Below are positions 47,354-60,095 of a stretch of DNA of 64,000 nucleotides, piece by piece. The translations under genes and the position numbers were made by a program. The notes beneath the pieces were generated by a model, which had not been told where the DNA came from, ran no database searches, and saw only the letters and a program-made list of their open reading frames with translations. Every line of letters starts with the position of its first letter. The first letter of the stretch is position 1. The DNA is taken from assembly GCF_003334335.1 (NCBI RefSeq), contig NZ_QOWQ01000029.1, one strand, 5' to 3'. This DNA is from Escherichia coli. GTDB taxonomy: Bacteria; Pseudomonadota; Gammaproteobacteria; Enterobacterales; Enterobacteriaceae.

Positions 47354-48145
47354 TTAGCTGATTAACTGCTGGACAATTCGGCTGCCGAAGTAGGCCAGTG
47401 TCAGAATTACCGCGCCCGCAACGTTAAACCAGACGACGCGGCGTCCACGCCATCCTTCATGATAATGTCCCCACAGCAGCACAATATAGACAAACCACGC
47501 CACGATAGAGAGCACAGCCTTGTCGATATTTTCCATGCTAAATAAGTTGTGCATGTAGAACAGGCCAGTGCAAAGCGTGAGCGTTAGCAGCACCACGCCA
47601 ATCTGCGTGATGTGGAACATTTTACGCTCGATACTCATCAATGGCGGCATTTCCTGGTTAAACGCCAGCTTCTTGTTCTTCAGTTGGTAATCAATCCACG
47701 CCAGTTGCAGCGCGTACAGGGCGGCGATAATTAGCGTGGCATAGGAAAAGAGCGATAAGCCAATGTGCACCAGCATCCCAGGCGTAGCTTCCAGATGGGT
47801 GATGTATTCATTGGGCATGAAGGTTGCCAGCGCCAGGTTGATAAGCGCAAAGGCATAGACAATGGGTAGCAGCAGCCAGCCACGATTGCGAGAAGCCACA
47901 ATGGTCATTACCGTACAGATCATCAAACTGACCAATGAACCAACGTTCAGCAGGCTGAGGTTTTGTCCGCTATCACCGTCGGGCAGGATGCGGGCTTCCA
48001 GAGCGATTGCGTGGCAGACCAGCGCAATGACCGCAGAAATAATAGCCATGCGCCGCCAGCCGCCGTTTTTTTGCAGCAGACCGGGAACAATCAGCGCAAG
48101 ACTGACGGAGTAGGCGACAAGCGCGAGCAGAGCAAAAACGGGCAT
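47354..48145 (-). CDS. ypjD: Inner membrane protein YpjD (cytochrome c assembly-like family)
   Basis: Start placed at MPVFALLALVAYSV (263 aa); divergent from ffh. Confidence 0.8.
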   Translation of the reverse strand: MPVFALLALVAYSVSLALIVPGLLQKNGGWRRMAIISAVIALVCHAIALEARILPDGDSGQNLSLLNVGSLVSLMICTVMTIVASRNRGWLLLPIVYAFALINLALATFMPNEYITHLEATPGMLVHIGLSLFSYATLIIAALYALQLAWIDYQLKNKKLAFNQEMPPLMSIERKMFHITQIGVVLLTLTLCTGLFYMHNLFSMENIDKAVLSIVAWFVYIVLLWGHYHEGWRGRRVVWFNVAGAVILTLAYFGSRIVQQLIS

Positions 48146-48311
48146 AGTGATGTCGACAGTTTGAGCAATAAGAAAGAGAAGCAGTATAGCGTCAGGTGAA
48201 CGCTGCTCCAACCGTTGCATAACAACAAAGACGCCTTCATGTTATACTGCGGCAAAATACTGATGATGTGTCGCGATTGCGGCCAACCGTTTCCACCCCA
48301 GGCGAGAGACA

Positions 48312-49673
48312 ATGTTTGATAATTTAACCGATCGTTTGTCGCGCACGCTGCGCAATATCAGTGGCCGTGGACGCCTCACTGAAGACAACGTAAAAGATAC
48401 GCTGCGCGAAGTGCGCATGGCGCTGCTGGAGGCGGACGTAGCTCTGCCGGTAGTGCGTGAGTTTATCAATCGCGTAAAAGAGAAAGCGGTTGGTCATGAA
48501 GTTAATAAGAGCCTGACGCCGGGGCAGGAGTTCGTCAAAATAGTCCGTAACGAACTGGTTGCGGCGATGGGCGAAGAGAACCAGACCCTGAACCTGGCTG
48601 CGCAACCGCCTGCGGTCGTACTGATGGCGGGCCTGCAAGGTGCCGGTAAAACAACCAGCGTTGGTAAACTCGGTAAGTTCCTGCGCGAGAAGCACAAGAA
48701 GAAAGTGCTGGTGGTTTCTGCCGACGTTTATCGCCCGGCGGCAATCAAACAGCTTGAGACGCTGGCAGAGCAGGTGGGCGTTGATTTCTTCCCTTCTGAT
48801 GTTGGTCAGAAGCCGGTAGATATCGTTAACGCGGCGCTGAAAGAAGCCAAACTGAAATTCTACGACGTGCTGCTGGTGGATACCGCTGGTCGTCTGCACG
48901 TTGACGAAGCGATGATGGACGAGATCAAACAAGTCCATGCGTCGATTAACCCGGTTGAAACCCTGTTTGTGGTTGACGCCATGACCGGTCAGGATGCGGC
49001 CAATACGGCAAAAGCATTCAATGAAGCGTTACCGCTTACCGGCGTAGTGTTGACCAAAGTGGACGGCGATGCCCGCGGCGGTGCGGCGCTCTCTATTCGT
49101 CACATCACTGGCAAACCGATCAAGTTCCTCGGTGTTGGCGAGAAAACTGAGGCGCTGGAGCCGTTCCATCCGGACCGCATCGCGTCGCGTATTCTCGGCA
49201 TGGGCGACGTACTGTCGCTGATCGAAGATATCGAAAGCAAAGTTGACCGCGCGCAGGCAGAGAAATTAGCCAGCAAGCTGAAAAAAGGTGACGGCTTCGA
49301 TCTCAACGACTTTCTTGAGCAGCTGCGCCAGATGAAAAATATGGGCGGCATGGCTAGTCTGATGGGCAAGCTGCCGGGCATGGGGCAGATCCCGGATAAC
49401 GTCAAGTCACAGATGGACGATAAAGTGCTGGTGCGTATGGAAGCCATCATCAACTCGATGACGATGAAAGAGCGCGCTAAGCCAGAAATCATCAAAGGTT
49501 CGCGTAAACGCCGTATTGCTGCCGGTTGCGGTATGCAGGTGCAGGACGTTAACCGTCTTCTGAAACAGTTCGACGACATGCAGCGCATGATGAAGAAAAT
49601 GAAGAAGGGCGGAATGGCGAAGATGATGAGAAGCATGAAGGGTATGATGCCCCCAGGCTTCCCTGGTCGCTAA
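48312..49673 (+). CDS. ffh: Signal recognition particle protein Ffh
   Basis: 453-aa ORF with GTPase motifs GLQGAGKTT and DTAGR and a Met-rich C-terminus. Confidence 0.95.
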   Translation: MFDNLTDRLSRTLRNISGRGRLTEDNVKDTLREVRMALLEADVALPVVREFINRVKEKAVGHEVNKSLTPGQEFVKIVRNELVAAMGEENQTLNLAAQPPAVVLMAGLQGAGKTTSVGKLGKFLREKHKKKVLVVSADVYRPAAIKQLETLAEQVGVDFFPSDVGQKPVDIVNAALKEAKLKFYDVLLVDTAGRLHVDEAMMDEIKQVHASINPVETLFVVDAMTGQDAANTAKAFNEALPLTGVVLTKVDGDARGGAALSIRHITGKPIKFLGVGEKTEALEPFHPDRIASRILGMGDVLSLIEDIESKVDRAQAEKLASKLKKGDGFDLNDFLEQLRQMKNMGGMASLMGKLPGMGQIPDNVKSQMDDKVLVRMEAIINSMTMKERAKPEIIKGSRKRRIAAGCGMQVQDVNRLLKQFDDMQRMMKKMKKGGMAKMMRSMKGMMPPGFPGR

Positions 49674-49814
49674 TCGGCCTGGCTTGTTTGCCATTTTGGC
49701 ACCGGGATGTGCTCGTCATCCTCACGTACTGCGTGTACGCTCCGGTGACTGCGCGCACTCCGGCACCAAACTGGCTGCACCGCCGACGGCCTTTTACAGC
49801 AGAGTTAGCAACTG

Positions 49815-50170
<356 letters not shown>

Positions 50171-50188
50171 TCTGTCACGGTGGTCATG

Positions 50189-50737
50189 ATGAGCAAACAA
50201 CTCACCGCGCAAGCACCTGTTGATCCCATCGTTTTGGGAAAAATGGGTTCGTCTTACGGTATTCGTGGGTGGCTCAGAGTGTTTTCTTCCACCGAAGACG
50301 CCGAAAGCATTTTTGACTATCAGCCCTGGTTTATCCAGAAGGCGGGTCAGTGGCAGCAAGTCCAGCTGGAAAGCTGGAAGCACCACAATCAGGACATGAT
50401 CATCAAGCTGAAAGGCGTTGACGATCGTGATGCGGCGAACCTGCTGACGAATTGTGAAATTGTCGTGGATTCATCGCAGCTGCCTCAGCTTGAAGAGGGG
50501 GACTACTACTGGAAAGACCTGATGGGCTGCCAGGTAGTAACCACTGAAGGCTACGATCTCGGTAAAGTCGTCGATATGATGGAAACCGGATCTAATGACG
50601 TTCTCGTCATTAAGGCAAACCTGAAAGATGCGTTTGGTATCAAGGAACGTCTCGTACCGTTCCTCGATGGGCAGGTTATCAAGAAAGTCGATCTCACTAC
50701 TCGTTCAATCGAAGTAGATTGGGATCCTGGTTTTTAA
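50189..50737 (+). CDS. rimM: Ribosome maturation factor RimM
   Basis: Start placed at [10 protein letters not shown] (182 aa). Confidence 0.9.
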
Positions 50738-50767
50738 ACCACCGGATAAACGGTAAAAGACGGCGCT

Positions 50768-51535
50768 ATGTGGATTGGCATAATTAGCCTGTTTCCTGAA
50801 ATGTTCCGCGCAATTACCGATTACGGGGTAACTGGCCGGGCAGTTAAAAATGGCCTGCTGAGCATCCAGAGCTGGAGTCCTCGCGACTTCACGCATGACC
50901 GGCACCGTACCGTGGACGATCGTCCTTACGGCGGCGGACCGGGGATGTTAATGATGGTGCAACCCTTGCGGGACGCCATTCATGCAGCAAAAGCCGCGGC
51001 GGGTGAAGGCGCAAAGGTGATTTATCTGTCACCACAGGGACGCAAGCTTGATCAAGCGGGCGTCAGCGAACTGGCAACGAATCAAAAATTGATTCTGGTG
51101 TGCGGTCGCTACGAAGGTATAGATGAGCGCGTGATCCAAACCGAAATTGACGAAGAATGGTCAATCGGCGATTACGTTCTCAGTGGTGGTGAGTTACCAG
51201 CAATGACGCTGATTGACTCCGTTTCCCGGTTTATTCCGGGAGTACTGGGACATGAAGCCTCGGCAACGGAAGATTCCTTTGCTGAAGGATTGCTGGATTG
51301 CCCGCACTATACGCGGCCTGAGGTGTTAGAAGGGATGGAAGTTCCGCCAGTGTTACTGTCGGGCAACCATGCCGAGATACGTCGCTGGCGTTTGAAACAG
51401 TCGCTGGGCCGTACCTGGCTTAGAAGACCTGAACTTCTGGAAAACCTGGCTCTGACTGAAGAGCAAGCAAGGTTGCTGGCGGAGTTCAAAACGGAACACG
51501 CACAACAGCAACATAAACATGATGGGATGGCGTAA
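50768..51535 (+). CDS. trmD: tRNA (m1G37) methyltransferase
   Basis: 255-aa ORF. Confidence 0.95.
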
Positions 51536-51573
51536 GCCCCCGAGATATCAGTTTACCCAGGATAAGAGATTAA

Positions 51574-51924
<351 letters not shown>

Positions 51925-51954
51925 GATTTCGCTTAAGCGACATCCTGTTAAGAA

Positions 51955-51982
51955 GGGCTGGCCAATTGGCTGGCCCTTTTTT
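51955..51982 (+). terminator. Intrinsic terminator of the trmD operon
   Basis: gggctggccaattggctggccc hairpin followed by a T6 tract. Confidence 0.7.
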
Positions 51983-51999
51983 ATCTGTTTGCTGGTGTT

Positions 52000-52482
52000 T
52001 TAAGGGGTAGTAATCACCACTGCGACGCGGCGGTTCTCGGCGCGGCCCTGGGCGGTCTTGTTACTGGCTATGGGATATTTTTTTCCTAAACCCTGTGTGG
52101 TGAGATTGCTGCGTGGAATTTGTCCACCCATAGCCCATGCATCGGCCACGACATTCGCCCGTTTCAATGATAAGCCTTCGTTGTAACTGTCTTCACCATA
52201 GTTATCGGTGTGTCCATCCATACGGGCATGTGTTAGCCCTGTCGAGGCCAATTTAGCTGCCATGGTTTGGATCTGTTGCTGGCTTTCCGGGAGCAATTTG
52301 TAGTCATTTTTTGCGAACAGAATGGCATCTGATAAGCCCAGCGACCAGTCGCCGGCGGATTCAGTAAATCCATAAGATTGCATAGCGGCGACTTGCTCAG
52401 GAGTAAACTTTCCCTGAGGGGACTGGCAGCCAGTCAGTATTAGTGAGGTGAAAACCAGGGGTGCTACCAGGTGCTTTATCAT
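52000..52482 (-). CDS. yfiB: OmpA-like outer membrane lipoprotein YfiB
   Basis: 160-aa ORF with lipobox LTGCQ. Confidence 0.9.
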   Translation of the reverse strand: MIKHLVAPLVFTSLILTGCQSPQGKFTPEQVAAMQSYGFTESAGDWSLGLSDAILFAKNDYKLLPESQQQIQTMAAKLASTGLTHARMDGHTDNYGEDSYNEGLSLKRANVVADAWAMGGQIPRSNLTTQGLGKKYPIASNKTAQGRAENRRVAVVITTP

Positions 52483-52497
52483 ATCGATATATCCTTG

Positions 52498-53724
52498 TTA
52501 TCTCACCAGCTTTTCGGCACGCTGGTGTTTGGCCTGATACATATTGTGATCGGCAAGCTCTTGTAATTTTTCCGCAGAGGCGTGCTCAATGGTCATCGCG
52601 TAACCAATGCTTAATGTCATGGTGGTCTGATGGCCATTATGAAGATCAAACGGGAGATTAAAGATTTGTGTCAGTGCTGAACATATCTGCTGCACTTCAG
52701 ATTCCGACTGTACATCATAGAGCACCATAGCGAATTCATCGCCGCCCAGGCGGTATGCTTTATGTCGCAGCCCGCCAAATTCAGCTAACCGTTTTGCGAT
52801 TTCAATCAAGACTCTATCGCCCGTCGCATGACCCCAGGTATCATTGATGTATTTGAAATTATCGCCATCAAGAAATAGTAACGCCGACGTTTTTCGGGCA
52901 TCGGAATTGTTCATCAACGTGTTGATGCCGCTACGAAACGCTGCGCGGTTAGCCAGCCCGGTTAATGGGTCATGTAGCGCGGTACGTAGAAGCTGCGCAT
53001 TTTTAGCCTGTAAACGAAGCTGCCACTCTTCCATTTCATCCAGCAGACTGTTGAAGTCGAGAGCGAAGCGGTGAAACTCAGCGATACGTTCTTCCGAAAC
53101 TCGTCGGGAAAAATTGCGGTTGGAACGCACATCATGTACGACATCGGTGATATTTTTCAGCGCTTCTACCAGGCCATTGTGCAAATGGCGGGTGAGGGTA
53201 ATTGCGATGCCTGATGCCAGCAGAATACAACCGGTCAGTACGGCGAGCGAAAACCAGATAAAATGGCTGATTGAACTGTCGCGAGCGGTTAAGCGTACTT
53301 CGCCAATGGTTTCACCATTGTGACGAATCGGCTGAATGATGGGGGCAGGGAAGAGCCAGTGGCTTATGAAATTACTGAAAGTATCGCCTGGATCCTTACG
53401 GGTGTAATGCCAGGATGCCAGAATATTTTGCTGCTTATCACGTACTTCTGCAGTTGAAAATTGCCCTTGCTGGCCCAGCGCTGCCAGTGTTTCAGTTGCT
53501 GCAGGGCCATCGGCAAAAACGACAGCTGCTTCCAGACTGTAAGTCATTGTTGCTGCTGTCAGTGCCAGGTTTTTTTGCGCGTACTGTTTCAGGGTCAGCA
53601 CCGAGGTCACGGAAAGCAGCAACCAGATCAGCATCATAGTGATAAATATGCTGGTCATACTGATGTTGCGTAATGCTCTTTTAAACGTGGGGCGCTTATT
53701 AAGAGAATTATCGTTATCCATCAT
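52498..53724 (-). CDS. dgcN: Diguanylate cyclase DgcN (YfiN)
   Basis: 408-aa ORF with transmembrane/HAMP region and GGDEF motif RLGGDEF. Confidence 0.9.
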
Positions 53725-54232
53725 TTTTCTTCCGTGCGAGCATTAAGACATCCGGGTTGACCTTTACACCGCTACGCGATAAGGCATCCAGGTTTACGGC
53801 AAATCTGACGTCATTATTGTGGATGATCAGACAAAAGGCGCTACCAATAATGCACTCGGTATTTTGTTCGGCAATTAATAATAACGCCTTTGACGGATAT
53901 TGTTCGGTTAATTCCATCTGGAATGTCGGTGACTCGTTGCCAAAATAAAAACCATTGCAGCCTGAAATCATCGCCTCTTGTTGAGTGTGAATGATGACAG
54001 GCAGATAAGGCAAAGATGTCGCGGCATTCTCTTGTAGGGCGGTACTAAAACGTGAAGATGAAAAGATACATAACTTTGGTGGCCCTGATAGCGCAGGCCA
54101 GCGGGTGTAACTGACAATACCGGAAACCATCATACGCACGTTTTTCGCAACGTCAGAAGGCTCCTGAGCGAGTATTGGTGCTCCCGTCAGCAGGAGAATC
54201 AGAAGTAAGAACAGTCGGTGAGAAAAACGCAT
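53714..54232 (-). CDS. yfiR: Periplasmic repressor of DgcN, YfiR
   Basis: 172-aa ORF with signal peptide; overlaps the dgcN start. Confidence 0.85.
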
Positions 54233-54381
54233 TCAGGGATCCCCACCATCTTCGCTCGAAATGCATCGATATTTTTTCAGAATGCTCATTAAAATATCAT
54301 TTTTTCATGCGACCGTCATCAATGTGAGAAATAAAACACAATGAGTAAAATCTTATGTTTAATTTATTTGTGGGGTTTTAA

Positions 54382-54747
54382 TTAATTTAATCGTATTGTG
54401 CTGGCATTTTCATCAGCCCCTTTTTGCCATACTTCATGCAGTTGGCTGGCATTTTCAACATTGTTGCAGCTGGCAGGAAAGCTTTTACCGGAAAGTCCTC
54501 GGGCATAAGTAAAATCGGTCTGGCAAGTTTTCTTTTGTCCTTCGGCATATCCTTTAAGGTATAGACCGCGATCCGCCTGTGAATCGCTAAATGCATCGTC
54601 ATCTTTTATGGCGCTGCCCGATATCGCATCTTCCATACCGACATCATACCAGTCGGTGCTGGTCAAGGTTGGCGCGTGAGTATAAGGATCAATCTGACAT
54701 CCGCTAACCAGTAAAGCCAACAAGGGGGCGATAAACTTTTTCATCAT
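54382..54747 (-). CDS. yfiL: Lipoprotein YfiL
   Basis: Start placed at MMKKFIAPLLALLVSGCQ (lipobox); the ORF track extends 13 codons upstream. Confidence 0.75.
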   Translation of the reverse strand: MMKKFIAPLLALLVSGCQIDPYTHAPTLTSTDWYDVGMEDAISGSAIKDDDAFSDSQADRGLYLKGYAEGQKKTCQTDFTYARGLSGKSFPASCNNVENASQLHEVWQKGADENASTIRLN

Positions 54748-54844
54748 TTCTTTCTCCTTTTTCAAAGCATAGCGGATTGTTTTCAAAGGGAGTGTAAATT
54801 TATCTATACAGAGGTAAGGGTTGAAAGCGCGACTAAATTGCCTG

Positions 54845-54890
54845 TGTAAATAAAAATGTACGAAATATGGATTGAAAACTTTACTTTATG
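54845..54890 (+). promoter_or_regulatory. TyrR boxes at the aroF promoter
   Basis: tgtaaataaaaatgtacg and ttgaaaactttacttta fit TGTAAA-N6-TTTACA. Confidence 0.6.
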
Positions 54891-54956
54891 TGTTATCGTT
54901 ACGTCATCCTCGCTGAGGATCAACTATCGCAAACGAGCATAAACAGGATCGCCATC

Positions 54957-56027
54957 ATGCAAAAAGACGCGCTGAATAACGTACATATTACCGACGAACA
55001 GGTTTTAATGACTCCGGAACAACTGAAGGCCGCTTTTCCATTGAGCCTGCAACAAGAAGCCCAGATTGCTGACTCGCGTAAAAGCATTTCAGATATTATC
55101 GCCGGGCGCGATCCTCGTCTGCTGGTAGTATGTGGTCCTTGTTCCATTCATGATCCGGAAACTGCTCTGGAATATGCTCGTCGATTTAAAGCCCTTGCCG
55201 CAGAGGTCAGCGATAGCCTCTATCTGGTAATGCGCGTCTATTTTGAAAAACCCCGTACCACTGTCGGCTGGAAAGGGTTAATTAACGATCCCCATATGGA
55301 TGGCTCTTTTGATGTAGAAGCCGGGCTGCAGATCGCGCGTAAATTGCTGCTTGAGCTGGTGAATATGGGACTGCCACTGGCGACGGAAGCGTTAGATCCG
55401 AATAGCCCGCAATACCTGGGCGATCTGTTTAGCTGGTCAGCAATTGGTGCTCGTACAACGGAATCGCAAACTCACCGTGAAATGGCCTCCGGGCTTTCCA
55501 TGCCGGTTGGTTTTAAAAACGGCACCGACGGCAGTCTGGCAACAGCAATTAACGCTATGCGCGCCGCCGCCCAGCCGCACCGTTTTGTTGGCATTAACCA
55601 GGCAGGGCAGGTTGCGTTGCTACAAACTCAGGGGAATCCGGACGGCCATGTGATCCTGCGCGGTGGTAAAGCGCCGAACTATAGCCCTGCGGATGTTGCG
55701 CAATGTGAAAAAGAGATGGAACAGGCGGGACTGCGCCCGTCTCTGATGGTAGATTGCAGCCACGGTAATTCCAATAAAGATTATCGCCGTCAGCCTGCGG
55801 TGGCAGAATCCGTGGTTGCTCAAATCAAAGATGGCAATCGCTCAATTATTGGTCTGATGATCGAAAGTAATATCCACGAGGGCAATCAGTCTTCCGAGCA
55901 ACCGCGCAGTGAAATGAAATACGGTGTATCCGTAACCGATGCCTGCATTAGCTGGGAAATGACCGATGCCTTGCTGCGTGAAATTCATCAGGATCTGAAC
56001 GGGCAGCTGACGGCTCGCGTGGCTTAA
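54957..56027 (+). CDS. aroF: DAHP synthase, Tyr-sensitive
   Basis: Start placed at [15 protein letters not shown] (356 aa). Confidence 0.95.
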   Translation: MQKDALNNVHITDEQVLMTPEQLKAAFPLSLQQEAQIADSRKSISDIIAGRDPRLLVVCGPCSIHDPETALEYARRFKALAAEVSDSLYLVMRVYFEKPRTTVGWKGLINDPHMDGSFDVEAGLQIARKLLLELVNMGLPLATEALDPNSPQYLGDLFSWSAIGARTTESQTHREMASGLSMPVGFKNGTDGSLATAINAMRAAAQPHRFVGINQAGQVALLQTQGNPDGHVILRGGKAPNYSPADVAQCEKEMEQAGLRPSLMVDCSHGNSNKDYRRQPAVAESVVAQIKDGNRSIIGLMIESNIHEGNQSSEQPRSEMKYGVSVTDACISWEMTDALLREIHQDLNGQLTARVA

Positions 56028-56037
56028 GAGGTTTATT

Positions 56038-57159
56038 ATGGTTGCTGAATTGACCGCATTACGCGATCAAATTGATGAAGTCGATAAAGCGCTGCTGAAT
56101 TTATTAGCGAAGCGTCTGGAACTGGTTGCTGAAGTGGGCGAGGTGAAAAGCCGCTTTGGACTGCCTATTTATGTTCCGGAGCGCGAGGCATCTATGTTGG
56201 CCTCGCGTCGTGCAGAGGCGGAAGCTCTGGGTGTACCGCCAGATCTGATTGAGGATGTTTTGCGTCGGGTGATGCGTGAATCTTACTCCAGTGAAAACGA
56301 CAAAGGATTTAAAACACTTTGTCCGTCACTGCGTCCGGTGGTTATCGTCGGCGGTGGCGGTCAGATGGGACGCCTGTTCGAGAAGATGCTGACCCTCTCG
56401 GGTTATCAGGTGCGGATTCTGGAGCAACATGATTGGGATCGAGCGGCTGATATTGTTGCCGATGCCGGAATGGTGATTGTTAGTGTGCCAATCCACGTTA
56501 CTGAGCAAGTTATTGGCAAATTACCGCCTTTACCGAAAGATTGTATTCTGGTCGATCTGGCATCAGTGAAAAATGGGCCATTACAGGCCATGCTGGTGGC
56601 GCATGATGGTCCGGTGCTGGGGCTACACCCGATGTTCGGTCCGGACAGCGGTAGCCTGGCAAAGCAAGTTGTGGTCTGGTGTGATGGACGTAAACCGGAA
56701 GCATACCAATGGTTTCTGGAGCAAATTCAGGTCTGGGGCGCTCGGCTGCATCGTATTAGCGCCGTCGAGCACGATCAGAATATGGCGTTTATTCAGGCAC
56801 TGCGCCACTTTGCTACTTTTGCTTACGGGCTGCACCTGGCAGAAGAAAATGTTCAGCTTGAGCAACTTCTGGCGCTCTCTTCGCCGATTTACCGCCTTGA
56901 GCTGGCGATGGTCGGGCGACTGTTTGCTCAGGATCCGCAGCTTTATGCCGACATCATTATGTCGTCAGAGCGTAATCTGGCGTTAATCAAACGTTACTAT
57001 AAGCGTTTCGGCGAGGCGATTGAGTTGCTGGAGCAGGGCGATAAGCAGGCGTTTATTGACAGTTTCCGCAAGGTGGAGCACTGGTTCGGCGATTACGCAC
57101 AGCGTTTTCAGAGTGAAAGCCGCGTGTTATTGCGTCAGGCGAATGACAATCGCCAGTAA
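56038..57159 (+). CDS. tyrA: Chorismate mutase/prephenate dehydrogenase
   Basis: 373-aa ORF. Confidence 0.95.
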   Translation: MVAELTALRDQIDEVDKALLNLLAKRLELVAEVGEVKSRFGLPIYVPEREASMLASRRAEAEALGVPPDLIEDVLRRVMRESYSSENDKGFKTLCPSLRPVVIVGGGGQMGRLFEKMLTLSGYQVRILEQHDWDRAADIVADAGMVIVSVPIHVTEQVIGKLPPLPKDCILVDLASVKNGPLQAMLVAHDGPVLGLHPMFGPDSGSLAKQVVVWCDGRKPEAYQWFLEQIQVWGARLHRISAVEHDQNMAFIQALRHFATFAYGLHLAEENVQLEQLLALSSPIYRLELAMVGRLFAQDPQLYADIIMSSERNLALIKRYYKRFGEAIELLEQGDKQAFIDSFRKVEHWFGDYAQRFQSESRVLLRQANDNRQ

Positions 57160-57167
57160 TAATCCAG

Positions 57168-57200
57168 TGCCGGATGATTCACATCATCCGGCACCTTTTC
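57168..57200. terminator. Bidirectional terminator between convergent tyrA and pheA
   Basis: gtgccggatgattcacatcatccggcac hairpin followed by cttttc. Confidence 0.65.
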
Positions 57201-57201
57201 A

Positions 57202-58362
57202 TCAGGTTGGATCAACAGGCACTACGTTCTCACTTGGGTAACAGCCCAATACCTTCATTGAACGGGTGATTTCCCCTAACTCTTTCAATGCTTTTTGCAT
57301 TTCCGCTGATTCAAGATTGGCCTGAATATCCAGATAGAACATCTCTTCCCATGGATTACCGTGAATCGGGCGTGATTCCAGACGGGTCATAATCAGATTG
57401 TGGTTGCGCAGTACCAGCAACGCTTCAACCAGCGCACCGGCTTGTTGCCCGGTCGCCATTAACAACGTGGTTTTCGCCGGAACCTGATCAGACACGTTAA
57501 TGGCTTTACGCGCCAACACCACAAATCGGGTGAAGTTTTGTCGCTGATTTGCTTCAATACGCTCCAGTACCTGCAAACCGTACAAAGTGCCGCCAGCTTC
57601 GCTTCCCAACGCAGCAACATGCGGTGATTTTGCCTGTGCAACCTTTTCCATTGCCGCAGACGTACTTTCGGTATATTCAATCTTCCAGTGCGGATAACGA
57701 TTAAGGAATTTGCTGCATTGCTGGAATGGCTGCGGATGGCTGTAGACCGTATTGATGGTGGATAAATCAGTAGTGCCGGAGACCAACAAACAATGGTCGA
57801 TAGTTAACGTCATCTCGCCAACAATCGACAAGCTGGTATGTTGCAGCAGATCGTAAACGTCGTTTATGGCACCGGAGCTGGTATTTTCAATCGGTACGAC
57901 GGCATAGTCGGCCTGGCCGGTTTCCACCTGATTAAAAATATCGGCAAATTTGGCGCAGCCACTTTCAATGAATTGCTCAAAGTGACGGGCAGCATACTGG
58001 CGCGCCGCAAGATGGGAATAAGAACCTTTGGGGCCGAGAAAAGCGATGCGTGCTGAGTGCGGATTAATTTTATTGAGATGTTGTTGGAGCAAAGCCTGCT
58101 GAGTTAATACGGAATCTTCAATGATGAGCTGGAACAGGCGAGTAATGTAATGGGCGTCCAGATGGTGCGCTTTACCGAGCGTAATTAATCTTTCCAGCAA
58201 ATCGCGTTCACGATCAATATCACGTACCGGGCGATGCGAGAGCAGTTTGGCTTTTCCCACCTCGACGGCCAGTTCGCGCCGTTCTGCCAGTAACGCTAAT
58301 AATTTTTCATCCAGCGCGCTGATTTTCTCTCGCAGCGCCAGTAACGGGTTTTCCGATGTCAT
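57202..58362 (-). CDS. pheA: Chorismate mutase/prephenate dehydratase
   Basis: 386-aa ORF. Confidence 0.95.
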
Positions 58363-58384
58363 AGTGTTGCCTTTTTGTTATCAA

Positions 58385-58414
58385 TAAAAAAGGCCCCCCG
58401 ATTTGGGAGGCCTT
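58385..58414 (-). terminator. pheA attenuator terminator
   Basis: aggcctcccaaatcggggggcct followed by a T7 tract on the minus strand, between pheL and pheA. Confidence 0.75.
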
Positions 58415-58460
58415 ATTGTTCGTCTTCGCATTCTGTTTCACACGACGAAACGCCTCCCAT

Positions 58461-58508
58461 TCAGGGGAAGGTAAAAAAGAATGCGAAGAAAAACGGTATG
58501 TGTTTCAT
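58461..58508 (-). CDS. pheL: pheA leader peptide (15 aa)
   Basis: Minus strand atgaaacacataccgtttttcttcgcattcttttttaccttcccctga = [15 protein letters not shown]. Confidence 0.9.
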
Positions 58509-58564
58509 GTTTGTTTCCTTAAGTGACTTTAGTACAGTACCCGTACTGTTTTCACGCTGTCAAC

Positions 58565-58588
58565 AAAAAACGCGCCCGAAGGCGCGTT
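58565..58588 (-). terminator. raiA terminator
   Basis: gcgccttcgggcgc hairpin followed by a T-run on the minus strand. Confidence 0.6.
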
Positions 58589-58611
58589 GGCGATACACTC
58601 AATATAAAGGA

Positions 58612-59007
<396 letters not shown>

Positions 59008-59176
59008 TCAAAATGTGTGATGAAAATCTCATAATTTTGTCACTTTTTGTCAACGAATCTTTTTTGTGAGAAATCGCAGGAAGAGATGTTTTTTTACTTG
59101 AGGAATATCTCAAAGCGAGCCATATTTGATGAGATCGATAGCGACTAAATCGCTTCAGTTTCACAACTGACAGAAT

Positions 59177-59210
59177 AAAAAAACGGCAGCTCAAGGGCTG
59201 CCGTTTTGTG
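59177..59210. terminator. Bidirectional hairpin 3' of bamD
   Basis: aaacggcagctcaagggctgccgtttt with A/T runs on both sides. Confidence 0.6.
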
Positions 59211-59223
59211 TTTCAGGTTTCTG

Positions 59224-59961
59224 TTATGTATTGCTGCTGTTTGCGGCGATGATTTTCGCTACTTTTTCAGCTTGCGCATTCATCTGCATCTGACGGTATG
59301 CATTTTCCATCAGCGGCAGCGCATCACGCGTAGCCTGGGTATCCGGGTAGTCGCGCAACATGCCTTCTACGCGGTTAACGACGGCAACCCATGCGCCACG
59401 TTCTGTATAGTACTCGGCCACGGAGTATTCATATTTCGCCAGACGATCTTTCAGGAATACCAGACGTTTGGTGGCATCGGTGGTGTACTGACTGTTCGGA
59501 TAGCCGCGCACCAGTTTGGAAAAGTCACTAAACGCAGCTCGTGCATGTTGAGGATCGCGATCGCTACGATCGACGCCAAAGAACCCTTGCAGCGCACTGT
59601 CATCCAGCGCCATATTGGTCAGGCCACGCATGTACATGACATAATCGATATTCGGATGGGTCGGGTTAAGGCGAATAAAACGATCGATAGCAGCCTGTGC
59701 TAACGGCAAATCGGCGTTTTTATAGTAGGCGTAGATGAGATCCAGCTGCACCTGCTGCGAATACGGACCAAACGGATAGCGATTATCTAACGCTTCCAGT
59801 TGCGTTATTGCCTGTCTCCAGTTACCGTCCTGCAGCTTTTGTTGTGCAGTCGCGTAAATTTCATTTGGCGGATTATCAGGTACTTCTTCCTTTGACCCCG
59901 AGCAACCCGCCAAAAACAGGCTTAGTGTGGCGGCTGCCACCAGATATTTCATGCGCGTCAT
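59224..59961 (-). CDS. bamD: Outer membrane assembly lipoprotein BamD
   Basis: 245-aa ORF with lipobox LAGCSG and TPR-like character. Confidence 0.95.
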
Positions 59962-60095
59962 GACGTTTTGACTTTCCTCAAAATGTAATACGGGAGATTC
60001 TCTGTTCCTGCTCCCGGTTAAGACCAGCTACAATAGCACACTATATTAAACGGCAAAGCCGTAAAACCCCAACGATAAACGAAGAAGCAGTATAT